In this document: one piece after another, positions 1-8,085 of the stretch
How positions within the stretch are numbered: the stretch's first letter is position 1
Layout of the letters: every line of letters starts with the position of its first letter
Source of the DNA: a virus
Lineage: Duplodnaviria > Caudoviricetes
Length of the DNA stretch: 32,267 nt
IMG/VR virus record: IMGVR_UViG_3300030099_007882
Coordinates: 1-32,267 of that record
Direction: 5' to 3' (one strand)
The notes under the pieces: model-generated
Database searches by the model: none
The model's input: the letters and a program-made list of their open reading frames with translations, nothing else
What the model was told of the DNA's origin: nothing
Made by a program: the position numbers and the translations under genes

Positions 1-679
1 CTATTACAACGCAGGTAGCTCTGAAGAGTTCGGTGATGTTAAGTGGACCCCACAGTCAGAAATACACCCACTACGCCCCAGAAGCCCATATGGAGCTTCT
101 AAATGTGCGGCAAGACACTTAGTTAAAGTTTACAGGGACTCATATAAGCTTTATGCAGTTCAAGGTTGGCTATTCAATCATGAAGGTGTTCGCCGTGGAG
201 AAGAATTTGTCACTCGCAAGATTACGCTGAATGTCGCTAGGATTAATGAAGAATACAGAAACGGCATAACAGTTAAACCACTTGAACTTGGCAATGTAGA
301 CGCAAAGAGAGACTGGAGTGACGCAGAGGATTTTGTAGATGGGGTTTGGAAAATGTTAAACCAAAAACACCCAAGGGATTACGTTCTTTCTTCGAATGAG
401 ACTCATACAATCAGAGAGTTTGTGGAAGAGGCTTTTAATTACGCTGGCTTTCATCGTAGCCTTTGCCGATGGGAGGGCAGCGGCGAGGACGAGAAGTATT
501 TTCATGGAGAAGATTGCCTAGTTAAGATAAATCCTGTTTTTTATCGGCCAGCCGAAGTTGATATACTTTTGGGGGACTCGACAAAAGCCAGAAATGATTT
601 GAAGTGGAAACCAAAAACGACTTTTCTTAATCTAGTCAAGAAGATGGTTGACAATGACCTTAATGAAGTTAATCATTAA
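1..679 (+). CDS. gmd: GDP-mannose 4,6-dehydratase, 5'-truncated by the window edge
   Basis: Frame is open from position 2: YYNAGSSEEFG...RSPYGASK (SDR YxxxK)...LFNHEGVRRGEEFVTRKI...LGNVDAKRDW...FYRPAEVDILLGDSTKA, all characteristic Gmd motifs. The ORF-track start at 353 is internal. Confidence 0.95.
   Translation, partial: YYNAGSSEEFGDVKWTPQSEIHPLRPRSPYGASKCAARHLVKVYRDSYKLYAVQGWLFNHEGVRRGEEFVTRKITLNVARINEEYRNGITVKPLELGNVDAKRDWSDAEDFVDGVWKMLNQKHPRDYVLSSNETHTIREFVEEAFNYAGFHRSLCRWEGSGEDEKYFHGEDCLVKINPVFYRPAEVDILLGDSTKARNDLKWKPKTTFLNLVKKMVDNDLNEVNH
648..676 (+). promoter_or_regulatory. Possible sigma70-like promoter for the 682 ORF (leaderless)
   Basis: TTGACA (648-653), N17, AATCAT (671-676), N5, GTG at 682. 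The -10 box is imperfect. Confidence 0.4.
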
Positions 680-681
680 GA

Positions 682-1029
682 GTGCCAAAGACAAAAGGTC
701 CAAATAAAAGGGAAATTCTTTTCCGATTACTGGAAGTTCCCGATAAGGGGAGGCGACCCTTTTTCGCAAGGGAGATGAAGATGCTTAATGATCTTTGTGA
801 TAGGTATTCATTGGAGTTTATGGATATTGTGGACTTTGGCAAGAAGTTCGACTCCCTTGCTTATCTGGTTAGCGAAAAGTTAAGAGACGCGCTGGACGAA
901 AAGTTCAGAGCTTTTAATTTTAGAGTTGATTTATCCAAGTATCACAGCTATGATATTGGTGCAAAGGCTGGAGAAGACGGCATTATAAATAAAAAAAATA
1001 AAACTATTAGAGACTTTTTGAATGACTAG
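682..1029 (+). CDS. Hypothetical protein (115 aa)
   Basis: GTG start, fills the gap between gmd and recA and overlaps the recA start. No recognised motif. Confidence 0.75.
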   Translation: MPKTKGPNKREILFRLLEVPDKGRRPFFAREMKMLNDLCDRYSLEFMDIVDFGKKFDSLAYLVSEKLRDALDEKFRAFNFRVDLSKYHSYDIGAKAGEDGIINKKNKTIRDFLND

Positions 1030-2134
1030 CGACGTAAACCCAACAAACATTCTTAGTAATTATTTGAAGGCTAACAAGGATGATCATTACAACTTTGAAG
1101 ACACTGTGGAATACAAAGTGTCCAGTGGCTCATTGCAGCTAGATTTGTATTTGGCGGGTGGGTTTGGACCTGGATTGCATCGCTTTACAGGCGTTAACGA
1201 AGGCGGTAAGACATCAGAGTCTCTACAGGTTATGAGGAATTTTCTTGGAACTTTAGAAAACTCTAGGGGCCTGTATATCAAAGCGGAGGGTAGGCTTGGC
1301 CCAGAAGTTCAAAAGAGATCTGGTGTAAAGTTCGTGTTTTCCCCCGAGGAGTGGGTCGATGGAACATGTTTTGTCTTTGAAAGCAATATATATGAAACAG
1401 CAATGGGCTTGATCAGGCAGTTGATCACAAACAATGACGATAAGATCAAGTATTGTTTTATTTTGGATTCGGTAGACGGCTTAATTCGCAAAGATGATTT
1501 GGGCAAGAATTTTGAGGAGAGCAGCAAGGTTGCTGGCGGTGCGGTTATCGCCTCTGACTTCTGCAAGAAAACTAGCACCGCATTGGGTAAGCGTGGTCAT
1601 ATGGCGATATTCATCAGTCAGGTTCGTGCTGATATTAAGCTTGACCCATACGCAAAGTCTCCCGTTAGGCAAACCACTGCAACAGGAGGCAATGCCCTGC
1701 TACACTTCGCTAATAACATAATGGAATTTGAGCCTCGGTTCAAGGGGGATTTGATTTTGCAAAACCCCTCAGTTAAAACCATGGACGCAAAGAAAAATCC
1801 TATAATCGGACATCATGCTAAGGTTACAATTAAAAAATCGGCGCATGAAAATACGAACACTACAGTTTCCTATCCTATTCGCTATGGACGAACGGATGGC
1901 ACTTCTATCTGGGTAGAAAAAGAGGTCATTGATTTACTTTACGCATGGGAGTTTGTAGAAAAGAAGGGTGCGTGGATTAAACCAACCGATGACTTTAAAG
2001 AGCTTCTTACTGCAAACAATCTAGAGTTTCCAGAAAAGATACAGGGTGACAATAAGCTGTTCAAAACGGTTGAGGAAGACAAAGATTTGTGTAAATTTTT
2101 GGTAGATTATTTTAAGGAGCAGATACAGGTATGA
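1022..2134 (+). CDS. recA: RecA/UvsX-like recombinase
   Basis: SSGSLQLDLYLAGG, Walker A GVNEGGKT, Walker B ILDSV, IFISQVR, TGGNALLHFA. RecA-core order and length. Confidence 0.9.
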   Translation: MTSDVNPTNILSNYLKANKDDHYNFEDTVEYKVSSGSLQLDLYLAGGFGPGLHRFTGVNEGGKTSESLQVMRNFLGTLENSRGLYIKAEGRLGPEVQKRSGVKFVFSPEEWVDGTCFVFESNIYETAMGLIRQLITNNDDKIKYCFILDSVDGLIRKDDLGKNFEESSKVAGGAVIASDFCKKTSTALGKRGHMAIFISQVRADIKLDPYAKSPVRQTTATGGNALLHFANNIMEFEPRFKGDLILQNPSVKTMDAKKNPIIGHHAKVTIKKSAHENTNTTVSYPIRYGRTDGTSIWVEKEVIDLLYAWEFVEKKGAWIKPTDDFKELLTANNLEFPEKIQGDNKLFKTVEEDKDLCKFLVDYFKEQIQV

Positions 2135-2538
2135 AGTTTACAGACGCTTATGGAAAAACAAGAAACCTTAAAAATGCCAAAAAATATTTGATAGACTGGA
2201 ACAAGCCGAGCAGAAGTAAATTCCAAACGCAGGTAAAAAAATTCCTATATAAATATTGGAAAAATGATATTGTTTTTGAAGAGTTTAGGGTTGTTGGTAG
2301 CAGGCTAAGTTTAGATTTTTACAACGCTAATAAAAAAATCGCCGTCGAGGTTCAGGGGGCGCAGCACACTAAATATGTTAAGTTTTTTCACAAGAATAGG
2401 CTTAAATATTGCGATCAATTAAAAAGGGACGAAAAGAAGCTTGACTTCTGTAAAGCTAATGATATAAAGTTGGCAGAGATTTACCCCAAGGACGTTGTTA
2501 CAGCGTCTCTTTTTGAAGACCAAGAGATTTACTTATGA
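2131..2538 (+). CDS. Vsr/DUF559-like PD-(D/E)XK endonuclease
   Basis: LDFY...IAVEVQGAQH...FFH...QLKRDEKK pattern; ATGA coupling to recA. Confidence 0.75.
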   Translation: MKFTDAYGKTRNLKNAKKYLIDWNKPSRSKFQTQVKKFLYKYWKNDIVFEEFRVVGSRLSLDFYNANKKIAVEVQGAQHTKYVKFFHKNRLKYCDQLKRDEKKLDFCKANDIKLAEIYPKDVVTASLFEDQEIYL

Positions 2539-2783
2539 ATTTAGACGATTACAATAACGAAGAGAGTGATTTCAGGTTGCCGACAGAATGGGTTGATAAA
2601 ATTTACGAACTGTCTGGTGGCGCTGACAAATACAAGGGCATACTCATGGCTCTATCTTCGGAGCAGGGGGAGCCGCTAATTTATTTTAAGTATGACTCAG
2701 GAATGACCGAGGCGGCATTGACAAAAACAATGGGTGATTTTCTGCATAACCTTGACAACAGCAAAGAAAACAGCCCTGAATAA
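2535..2783 (+). CDS. Hypothetical acidic protein (82 aa)
   Basis: ATGA overlap upstream and TAATG coupling to the helicase. Confidence 0.7.
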   Translation: MNLDDYNNEESDFRLPTEWVDKIYELSGGADKYKGILMALSSEQGEPLIYFKYDSGMTEAALTKTMGDFLHNLDNSKENSPE

Positions 2784-4300
2784 TGATATACAACTTTGAA
2801 CTAGAAAAACAATTGTTGGCGGGGTTAATTAAAGAGCCTGACGCATTAGCTGAGATATCTAATTTTATTGGTATTGGAGATTTTTATTCAGAAAACAGTT
2901 CTCTTCACTCAACAATTTTTAGAATTATACAACAGGCAATTGAATCGGGTGACGAGGTTGATGAAGTTATAATTGCTCAGCGCGTAAACGATGTTGGCAT
3001 ATCTTTTCAAGACAACTTGAATCCCGCTGACTACATTAAGTCATTAGCTTTACGCAAAGTTCCCAACGGCAACACAATTAAAACAGCCAAAGAACTCAAG
3101 AAATATTCCATTCGCCGCGAAATTTTAGATTCGTCTTCTGAGATCGGCAAGAAGATGAAGAATATGCCCTCCGAAGCATCCTATCGGTCGATTATTGAAG
3201 CTGCGGACAATATTTACAATTCCAGAATCAATCTTTATGAATTGGGTAATGACATCCCCGAGAATATTTATGAAGAAATGGAGGATTTGATTGAGGATAG
3301 GGGCAATAACCCCGTGACTGAATTTGGTATGATGGGTCCGCATACCAAGGTCAACGAAATTTATGGCTCTTTATTGCGCCCAGGAAATATCACAGTCATA
3401 GTAGCTAGATCTGGCGTTGGAAAGACCAACTTTTGCATGGACTATACCACCAAAGTTAGCCTTCAGTATGATGTTCCAGTGCTACACTTTGACAACGGCG
3501 AAATGAGCAAGGAGGAGCTTATTATGCGGCAGTGTGCGGCTCTTTCAGGTGTTCCGATGCACTTGCTGGAAAGTGGTAAGTGGAGACAGGCAGGTAATGA
3601 GGTTGTGAACAAAGTTCGCGCTGTATGGCCGAAGATAAAAACTTTAAAGTTTTATTACTATAATGTAGGAGGCATGGATGTTGACTCAATGGTTAACACC
3701 TTAAAGAGATTCTACTATTCAAAAGTTGGGCGAGGTAATCACATGGTCTTTTCTTTTGATTACATTAAAACCACTTCAGAAAACATAGCGAACAAGTCTG
3801 AATGGCAGGTGGTTGGAGAAATGGTGGACAAGTTTAAGAAATGCGTTCAAAAGGAGATTCTCCATGAAGGCAATCCAGTCATTCCAATGATCACTTCTGT
3901 TCAATCAAACAGGTATGGAATTACCAACAATAGGAACTCTCAAAATATTGTGGACGATGAGTCGATTGTTTCGCTTTCGGATCGGATCACACAATTCTGT
4001 TCCCATATGTTTATTTTGCGTAACAAAACAGCGGATGAAATGGAAACTGAGGGCAATAGATTTGGAACCCATAAGCTCATCAATGTCAAAGCTCGCCATC
4101 TTGGTAGCGACATAGCTGGCGCGATTGAACCCGTTCGCATTGGTGACGCCCTCCGCAAAAATTCCATTAACTTAAATTTTATGAATTTTAATATCACAGA
4201 GAGGGGCGATTTGAGAGATATCGCAAGAGTGCTTGATGGAGAGGAAGACTTAGATACGGATGGACTCCAAGAAACAATCCCAGACTTCGATCAGTTCTGA
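2783..4300 (+). CDS. dnaB: Replicative DnaB-like (SF4) helicase
   Basis: N-terminal ELEKQLLAGLI, Walker A ARSGVGKT, EMSKEELIMR, FDYIK, VQSNR, KARH. Confidence 0.92.
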   Translation: MIYNFELEKQLLAGLIKEPDALAEISNFIGIGDFYSENSSLHSTIFRIIQQAIESGDEVDEVIIAQRVNDVGISFQDNLNPADYIKSLALRKVPNGNTIKTAKELKKYSIRREILDSSSEIGKKMKNMPSEASYRSIIEAADNIYNSRINLYELGNDIPENIYEEMEDLIEDRGNNPVTEFGMMGPHTKVNEIYGSLLRPGNITVIVARSGVGKTNFCMDYTTKVSLQYDVPVLHFDNGEMSKEELIMRQCAALSGVPMHLLESGKWRQAGNEVVNKVRAVWPKIKTLKFYYYNVGGMDVDSMVNTLKRFYYSKVGRGNHMVFSFDYIKTTSENIANKSEWQVVGEMVDKFKKCVQKEILHEGNPVIPMITSVQSNRYGITNNRNSQNIVDDESIVSLSDRITQFCSHMFILRNKTADEMETEGNRFGTHKLINVKARHLGSDIAGAIEPVRIGDALRKNSINLNFMNFNITERGDLRDIARVLDGEEDLDTDGLQETIPDFDQF

Positions 4301-5330
4301 TGATTTTCAGGGCATATTAGAATCGATTGGCTACAAACTTATCGACTGCGGAGATCATTGGAGAACTCGCGCTGTCTATAGAGATGGAGACAATGAAACT
4401 GCCCTTAAGATTTATAAGAATACTGGTGTATGGATGGACTTTGTGCAAAACAAAGGCTCCAAGCCATTTGAAGCTTTAATCAAGGAAACACTGCGGGACA
4501 ACCCAAAGGAGTTATCGGTCATTTTAGGCGGCGCTAAAAGGGAGATTACTTCAGTTTACAAACAAAAAGAGACTATACGGATGGAAAAAATTTACCCCAA
4601 ATCCTCATTAGAGAAGCTTTTCCCAAATTACAATTTTTATTCCCAGAGGGGCATTTCCGAAGCTACACAAAAATCCTTTAAGGTTGGATTGGCAGGTGTT
4701 GGCAAGATGTATAGAAGAATGGTTTTCCCAATTTATGATGAACATAATCAAATCATAGGCTTTTCTGGAAGGAAAGTAGACGACAACAACAATTACCCGA
4801 AATGGAAGCACATTGGCCGTCGCAACAATTGGGTTTACCCAGCATTTAATCAGGATTCGGGTGTAAATGAAGAGATAGACTTAAAAAAAGAAGTAATTTT
4901 AGTTGAAAGCATCGGTGATGCAATGGCACTTTATGAGCAAGGTATTAAAAACGTTTTGGTTATGTTTGGTTTATCCGTTAACAGCCATATTATTAACTAT
5001 CTTAATAGCAAGCCTATTGATAGGATTTTCATCTCTACTAATAATGACGACCACAGTGGGGAAAATAGAGGATTTACGGCGGCGATAAAAACTTTCATCA
5101 AGCTATCCAGTTACTTTGATTTAGATACATTAATTGTAAAATTGCCACCTAAGCCATATAATGACTTTGGTGATGCTCATCGCGACGGCCATGATTTCAA
5201 TAAACTTTGGATTAAAAAAGAATATAATCAAGCTAAACAGCTAACTTATATCTCAGAGTTCATTAAAGAGAATACCTCCTGCTTCACTAAAAAAGAAATT
5301 AAGACCGCCTTAATGTTTAGTGATGCCTGA
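4260..5330 (+). CDS. dnaG: DnaG-like primase (TOPRIM)
   Basis: RMVFPIYD...IIGFSGR, YPKWKH, VILVESIGDAMAL, NDFGD; directly follows the helicase. The start is uncertain (41-nt overlap with dnaB). Confidence 0.85.
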   Translation: MDSKKQSQTSISSDDFQGILESIGYKLIDCGDHWRTRAVYRDGDNETALKIYKNTGVWMDFVQNKGSKPFEALIKETLRDNPKELSVILGGAKREITSVYKQKETIRMEKIYPKSSLEKLFPNYNFYSQRGISEATQKSFKVGLAGVGKMYRRMVFPIYDEHNQIIGFSGRKVDDNNNYPKWKHIGRRNNWVYPAFNQDSGVNEEIDLKKEVILVESIGDAMALYEQGIKNVLVMFGLSVNSHIINYLNSKPIDRIFISTNNDDHSGENRGFTAAIKTFIKLSSYFDLDTLIVKLPPKPYNDFGDAHRDGHDFNKLWIKKEYNQAKQLTYISEFIKENTSCFTKKEIKTALMFSDA

Positions 5331-6348
5331 GCCAATAACACCACTTTCAGCGAGCAGAATCAAGACAGCCCAGTCTTGCTCTTGGTTGTATTGGTGCAAG
5401 TATAAATTAAAACTACCCGAGAAAGGCAATGACGGCGCGAGAAGGGGTTCTATTTGTCATTTAGTGTTTGAGGTTTTGGGCGTAAAAGGCAGAAAGAAAT
5501 ATTTCAATAAAATATTGAAAAGCCAAGATGTATTTGCTGTCCCATCAATCAAAAGGTTAATTTTAAAACACGCAGCCAAGGAGGGTGTAGACGATCAGGA
5601 AAACATTGACCTGATGAAGGATATGATCTACAACGGTCTAACATACGATTTTTTTGGGCAAGATTTGGGTAAACCAACAAAAGAATATTCCGAGAAAGAT
5701 TTCGACATCATTAAGGATGACGGCTCAATACAATACAAAATAAGAGGCTTTATTGATAAGCTTTTTTTGTATAAAAAACAAAAATTTGCCCTTATTAGGG
5801 ACTTCAAAACCAGCAAGGACGTTTTTAAAGGGAAGGACCAGACGGATAACTTACAAGATTTGATGTATAGCTTGGCTGTTAAAAATTTATTCCCTGAGTA
5901 TTCAGATAGAGTCAGTGAATTTCTTTTTCTAAAATTTGATCTTGATGTTAACGCCAAAAAGTCTGGCGTGGTTCGGATGAAAGCATTGGATGAAGATGAG
6001 CTAAATGGCTTTGAGATGCAGCTTTCTGAAATACAAAAATACTTAGACGGCTTTTCTGAAAAAGATGCCAGAAAAAATTACGCAGCCCACCAAGGCTTCC
6101 CAACAGACAATTCTTTTACTGGTAAATTGCTTTGTGGATTTGCTACGCAAAAGGGAGAGTTAAAAAAGGATGGCTTACCAAAGTGGCACTGCCCAATGAA
6201 GTTTGACTTTTTCTTTTATCAGGTTTGGGATGTAGATAAAAACACGATTGGGTCATATTTTGAAGAAGAGTTTACGGAAGCATTGGTTCCTGACGGTGGA
6301 GGCTATGAGATGAAGTATTATCAAGGCTGTCCCGCACATTCTTCTTGA
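5323..6348 (+). CDS. PD-(D/E)XK exonuclease (RecB/AddB/Cas4-like phage nuclease)
   Basis: LSASRIKTAQSC, GSICHLVFE, RGFIDKL...IRDFKTSK, plus C-terminal cysteines (LLCG, WHCP, GCP). Start is GTG 5320 or ATG 5323. Confidence 0.85.
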   Translation: MPEPITPLSASRIKTAQSCSWLYWCKYKLKLPEKGNDGARRGSICHLVFEVLGVKGRKKYFNKILKSQDVFAVPSIKRLILKHAAKEGVDDQENIDLMKDMIYNGLTYDFFGQDLGKPTKEYSEKDFDIIKDDGSIQYKIRGFIDKLFLYKKQKFALIRDFKTSKDVFKGKDQTDNLQDLMYSLAVKNLFPEYSDRVSEFLFLKFDLDVNAKKSGVVRMKALDEDELNGFEMQLSEIQKYLDGFSEKDARKNYAAHQGFPTDNSFTGKLLCGFATQKGELKKDGLPKWHCPMKFDFFFYQVWDVDKNTIGSYFEEEFTEALVPDGGGYEMKYYQGCPAHSS

Positions 6349-6372
6349 CGGGTTATTTATTGGTGCTATTTT
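6345..6372 (+). promoter_or_regulatory. Sigma70-like promoter with extended -10, leaderless, upstream of the polymerase operon
   Basis: TTGACG (6345-6350), N16 ending in TGc, TATTTT (6367-6372), N6, ATG at 6379. Confidence 0.6.
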
Positions 6373-6378
6373 AGAGAA

Positions 6379-7116
6379 ATGACACCAGTATTTAAGTCTA
6401 CATTTTCGATAGGCAAAAGCATTCTAACACTTGACCCAGTAAGCTCAGAGGGTGGCCCAGATAGCATTATTGAAATATGTAAGGAGCATAAAATTGACCC
6501 CTTGGTTTTGGTCGAGGATACCATGACAGGTTTTGTTAAAGCGCACAACATCTGCCAAAAGGAGAGTATCCGCCTTCTTTTTGGCTTACGCATAAGCTGC
6601 TGTAATGAAATTGGTGGAGAAGACGACTCAGATCACAAGGTGGTGATTTTCGCTAAAAACGATAACGGTTGCAGACTGCTAAATAAAATTTACTCTCATG
6701 CCCACACCGTGGGTGAGGGAAAAGTTGACCTGAAATATTTAAATTCTGTGTGGAGCCAAGATGTTAACTTGGTGATACCATTTTATGATTCCTTTATATT
6801 CAACAATCAAATGCACCTTAAGAAATGTATTCCAGATTTTAGCAAAATCTTGCCCACATTCTGGATAGAAAAAAACGGTTTACCTTTTGATCACTTAATA
6901 GAGGAGAAAGTTGCAAAATTTGCCGAGGGAGTTGATAGTCCTATTAAGCTAGTCAAAACTATTTTGTATAAAAGCAAGGTGGATGTTGAAGCCCTGCAAA
7001 CTTACAAGGTTTTATGTGGTAGAAATTTTGGAAGGGCCGCTTCTTTAAGCAGTCCAAACTTGAATCATTTTGGCAGCAATGAATTTTGCTTCGAATCTTA
7101 TTTAGAACATGCATGA
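6379..7116 (+). CDS. Stand-alone PHP domain of DNA polymerase III alpha (N-terminal piece of a split DnaE)
   Basis: FKSTFSIGKSIL, LVEDTMTGF, LLFGLRI, HKVVIFAKNDNGCRLLNKIYS match the DnaE PHP region (canonical LxxLAKNxxGYxNLxKLxS). Confidence 0.8.
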   Translation: MTPVFKSTFSIGKSILTLDPVSSEGGPDSIIEICKEHKIDPLVLVEDTMTGFVKAHNICQKESIRLLFGLRISCCNEIGGEDDSDHKVVIFAKNDNGCRLLNKIYSHAHTVGEGKVDLKYLNSVWSQDVNLVIPFYDSFIFNNQMHLKKCIPDFSKILPTFWIEKNGLPFDHLIEEKVAKFAEGVDSPIKLVKTILYKSKVDVEALQTYKVLCGRNFGRAASLSSPNLNHFGSNEFCFESYLEHA

Positions 7117-7741
7117 GTCACTACTGAGATTTAACAAGAAACAACGATATGTTGTTTTCGATACCGAAACTGAGGGCTTAAACTTGGTAACTTCTCGGCC
7201 TTGGCAGGTCGCTTGGTTACTTGTGGAGGGTGATAAGATAATCGATAAAAGAGATTTCTTTATTCATTGGCCTAACTTAAATGTATCAGAAGGAGCAGCA
7301 AGGGTCACGGGCTTCTCTTATAACGATTATGCTAAAAAATCACATCCCCCCAATCTAGTTTGGGAAAAGTTTGCAGAGGACCTATATGATAAAAACAATT
7401 TAATTGTTGGCCAAAACTTATTAGGTTTCGATGTTTACATGGTTAATATTTGGCGCAAGTTAATGGGCATGGATGCAGATTATTCTTACGTCGATAGAAT
7501 CATAGACACAAAGTCTTTGGCAACTGCCATCGCTAAAGACATTCCCGTGGAACGGGAAAATTTCATAAATTGGCAATACAGATTACTTAATCACAAAGAG
7601 AGGGGTTTGAGGACATCTCAGGCCACGTTGTTGAAAAAATATAACATAGATCACGATCCTCAAAGATTGCACGATGCTCTATATGATATAGAAATGAATT
7701 TTAAAATATTTAAAAAACAATTATTCGATTTAGAGATATGA
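7109..7741 (+). CDS. DEDDh 3'-5' exonuclease (DnaQ/epsilon-like)
   Basis: ExoI VFDTETEG, ExoII GQNLLGFD, ExoIII LHDALYD. Confidence 0.9.
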   Translation: MHESLLRFNKKQRYVVFDTETEGLNLVTSRPWQVAWLLVEGDKIIDKRDFFIHWPNLNVSEGAARVTGFSYNDYAKKSHPPNLVWEKFAEDLYDKNNLIVGQNLLGFDVYMVNIWRKLMGMDADYSYVDRIIDTKSLATAIAKDIPVERENFINWQYRLLNHKERGLRTSQATLLKKYNIDHDPQRLHDALYDIEMNFKIFKKQLFDLEI

Positions 7742-8085
7742 GCAATGATATAGAGTATACAGATTGGGGGCAAGCAGAATGGTTATTGAGGACAGGTAAA
7801 TATGCAGTAAAAAAAATTACCGTCAAACCCCACCATCGCATTCCTGAAGAATACCACCAACAGAGGGATCAACATTGGGTAGTCATTCAAGGTGAGTCTT
7901 TCATGATATTTCCACACGCTCAAAGGGTCGCAAAGGCAGGCGATTCAATGTATATACCTCGCAGGATTAAGCACTCGATCTCCAATACAGCTTTACAGCC
8001 CTTAGTTTTTATAGAAATACAAACTGGACATTATTTAGGTGAAGATGATACAGTAATAACACCACAAAAAGATGACGAAAAGTAA
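7738..8085 (+). CDS. Cupin resembling the type II mannose-6-phosphate isomerase (ManC C-terminal) domain
   Basis: WG...VKKITVKP...HWVVIQG...YIP...KH...IEIQTGHYLGEDD. Confidence 0.8.
   Translation: MSNDIEYTDWGQAEWLLRTGKYAVKKITVKPHHRIPEEYHQQRDQHWVVIQGESFMIFPHAQRVAKAGDSMYIPRRIKHSISNTALQPLVFIEIQTGHYLGEDDTVITPQKDDEK

Noticed and set aside
5323-6348. Cas4-like nuclease as a sign of CRISPR-Cas
   Set aside because: No repeat-spacer array or other cas genes seen; such nucleases are common in phage replication modules.
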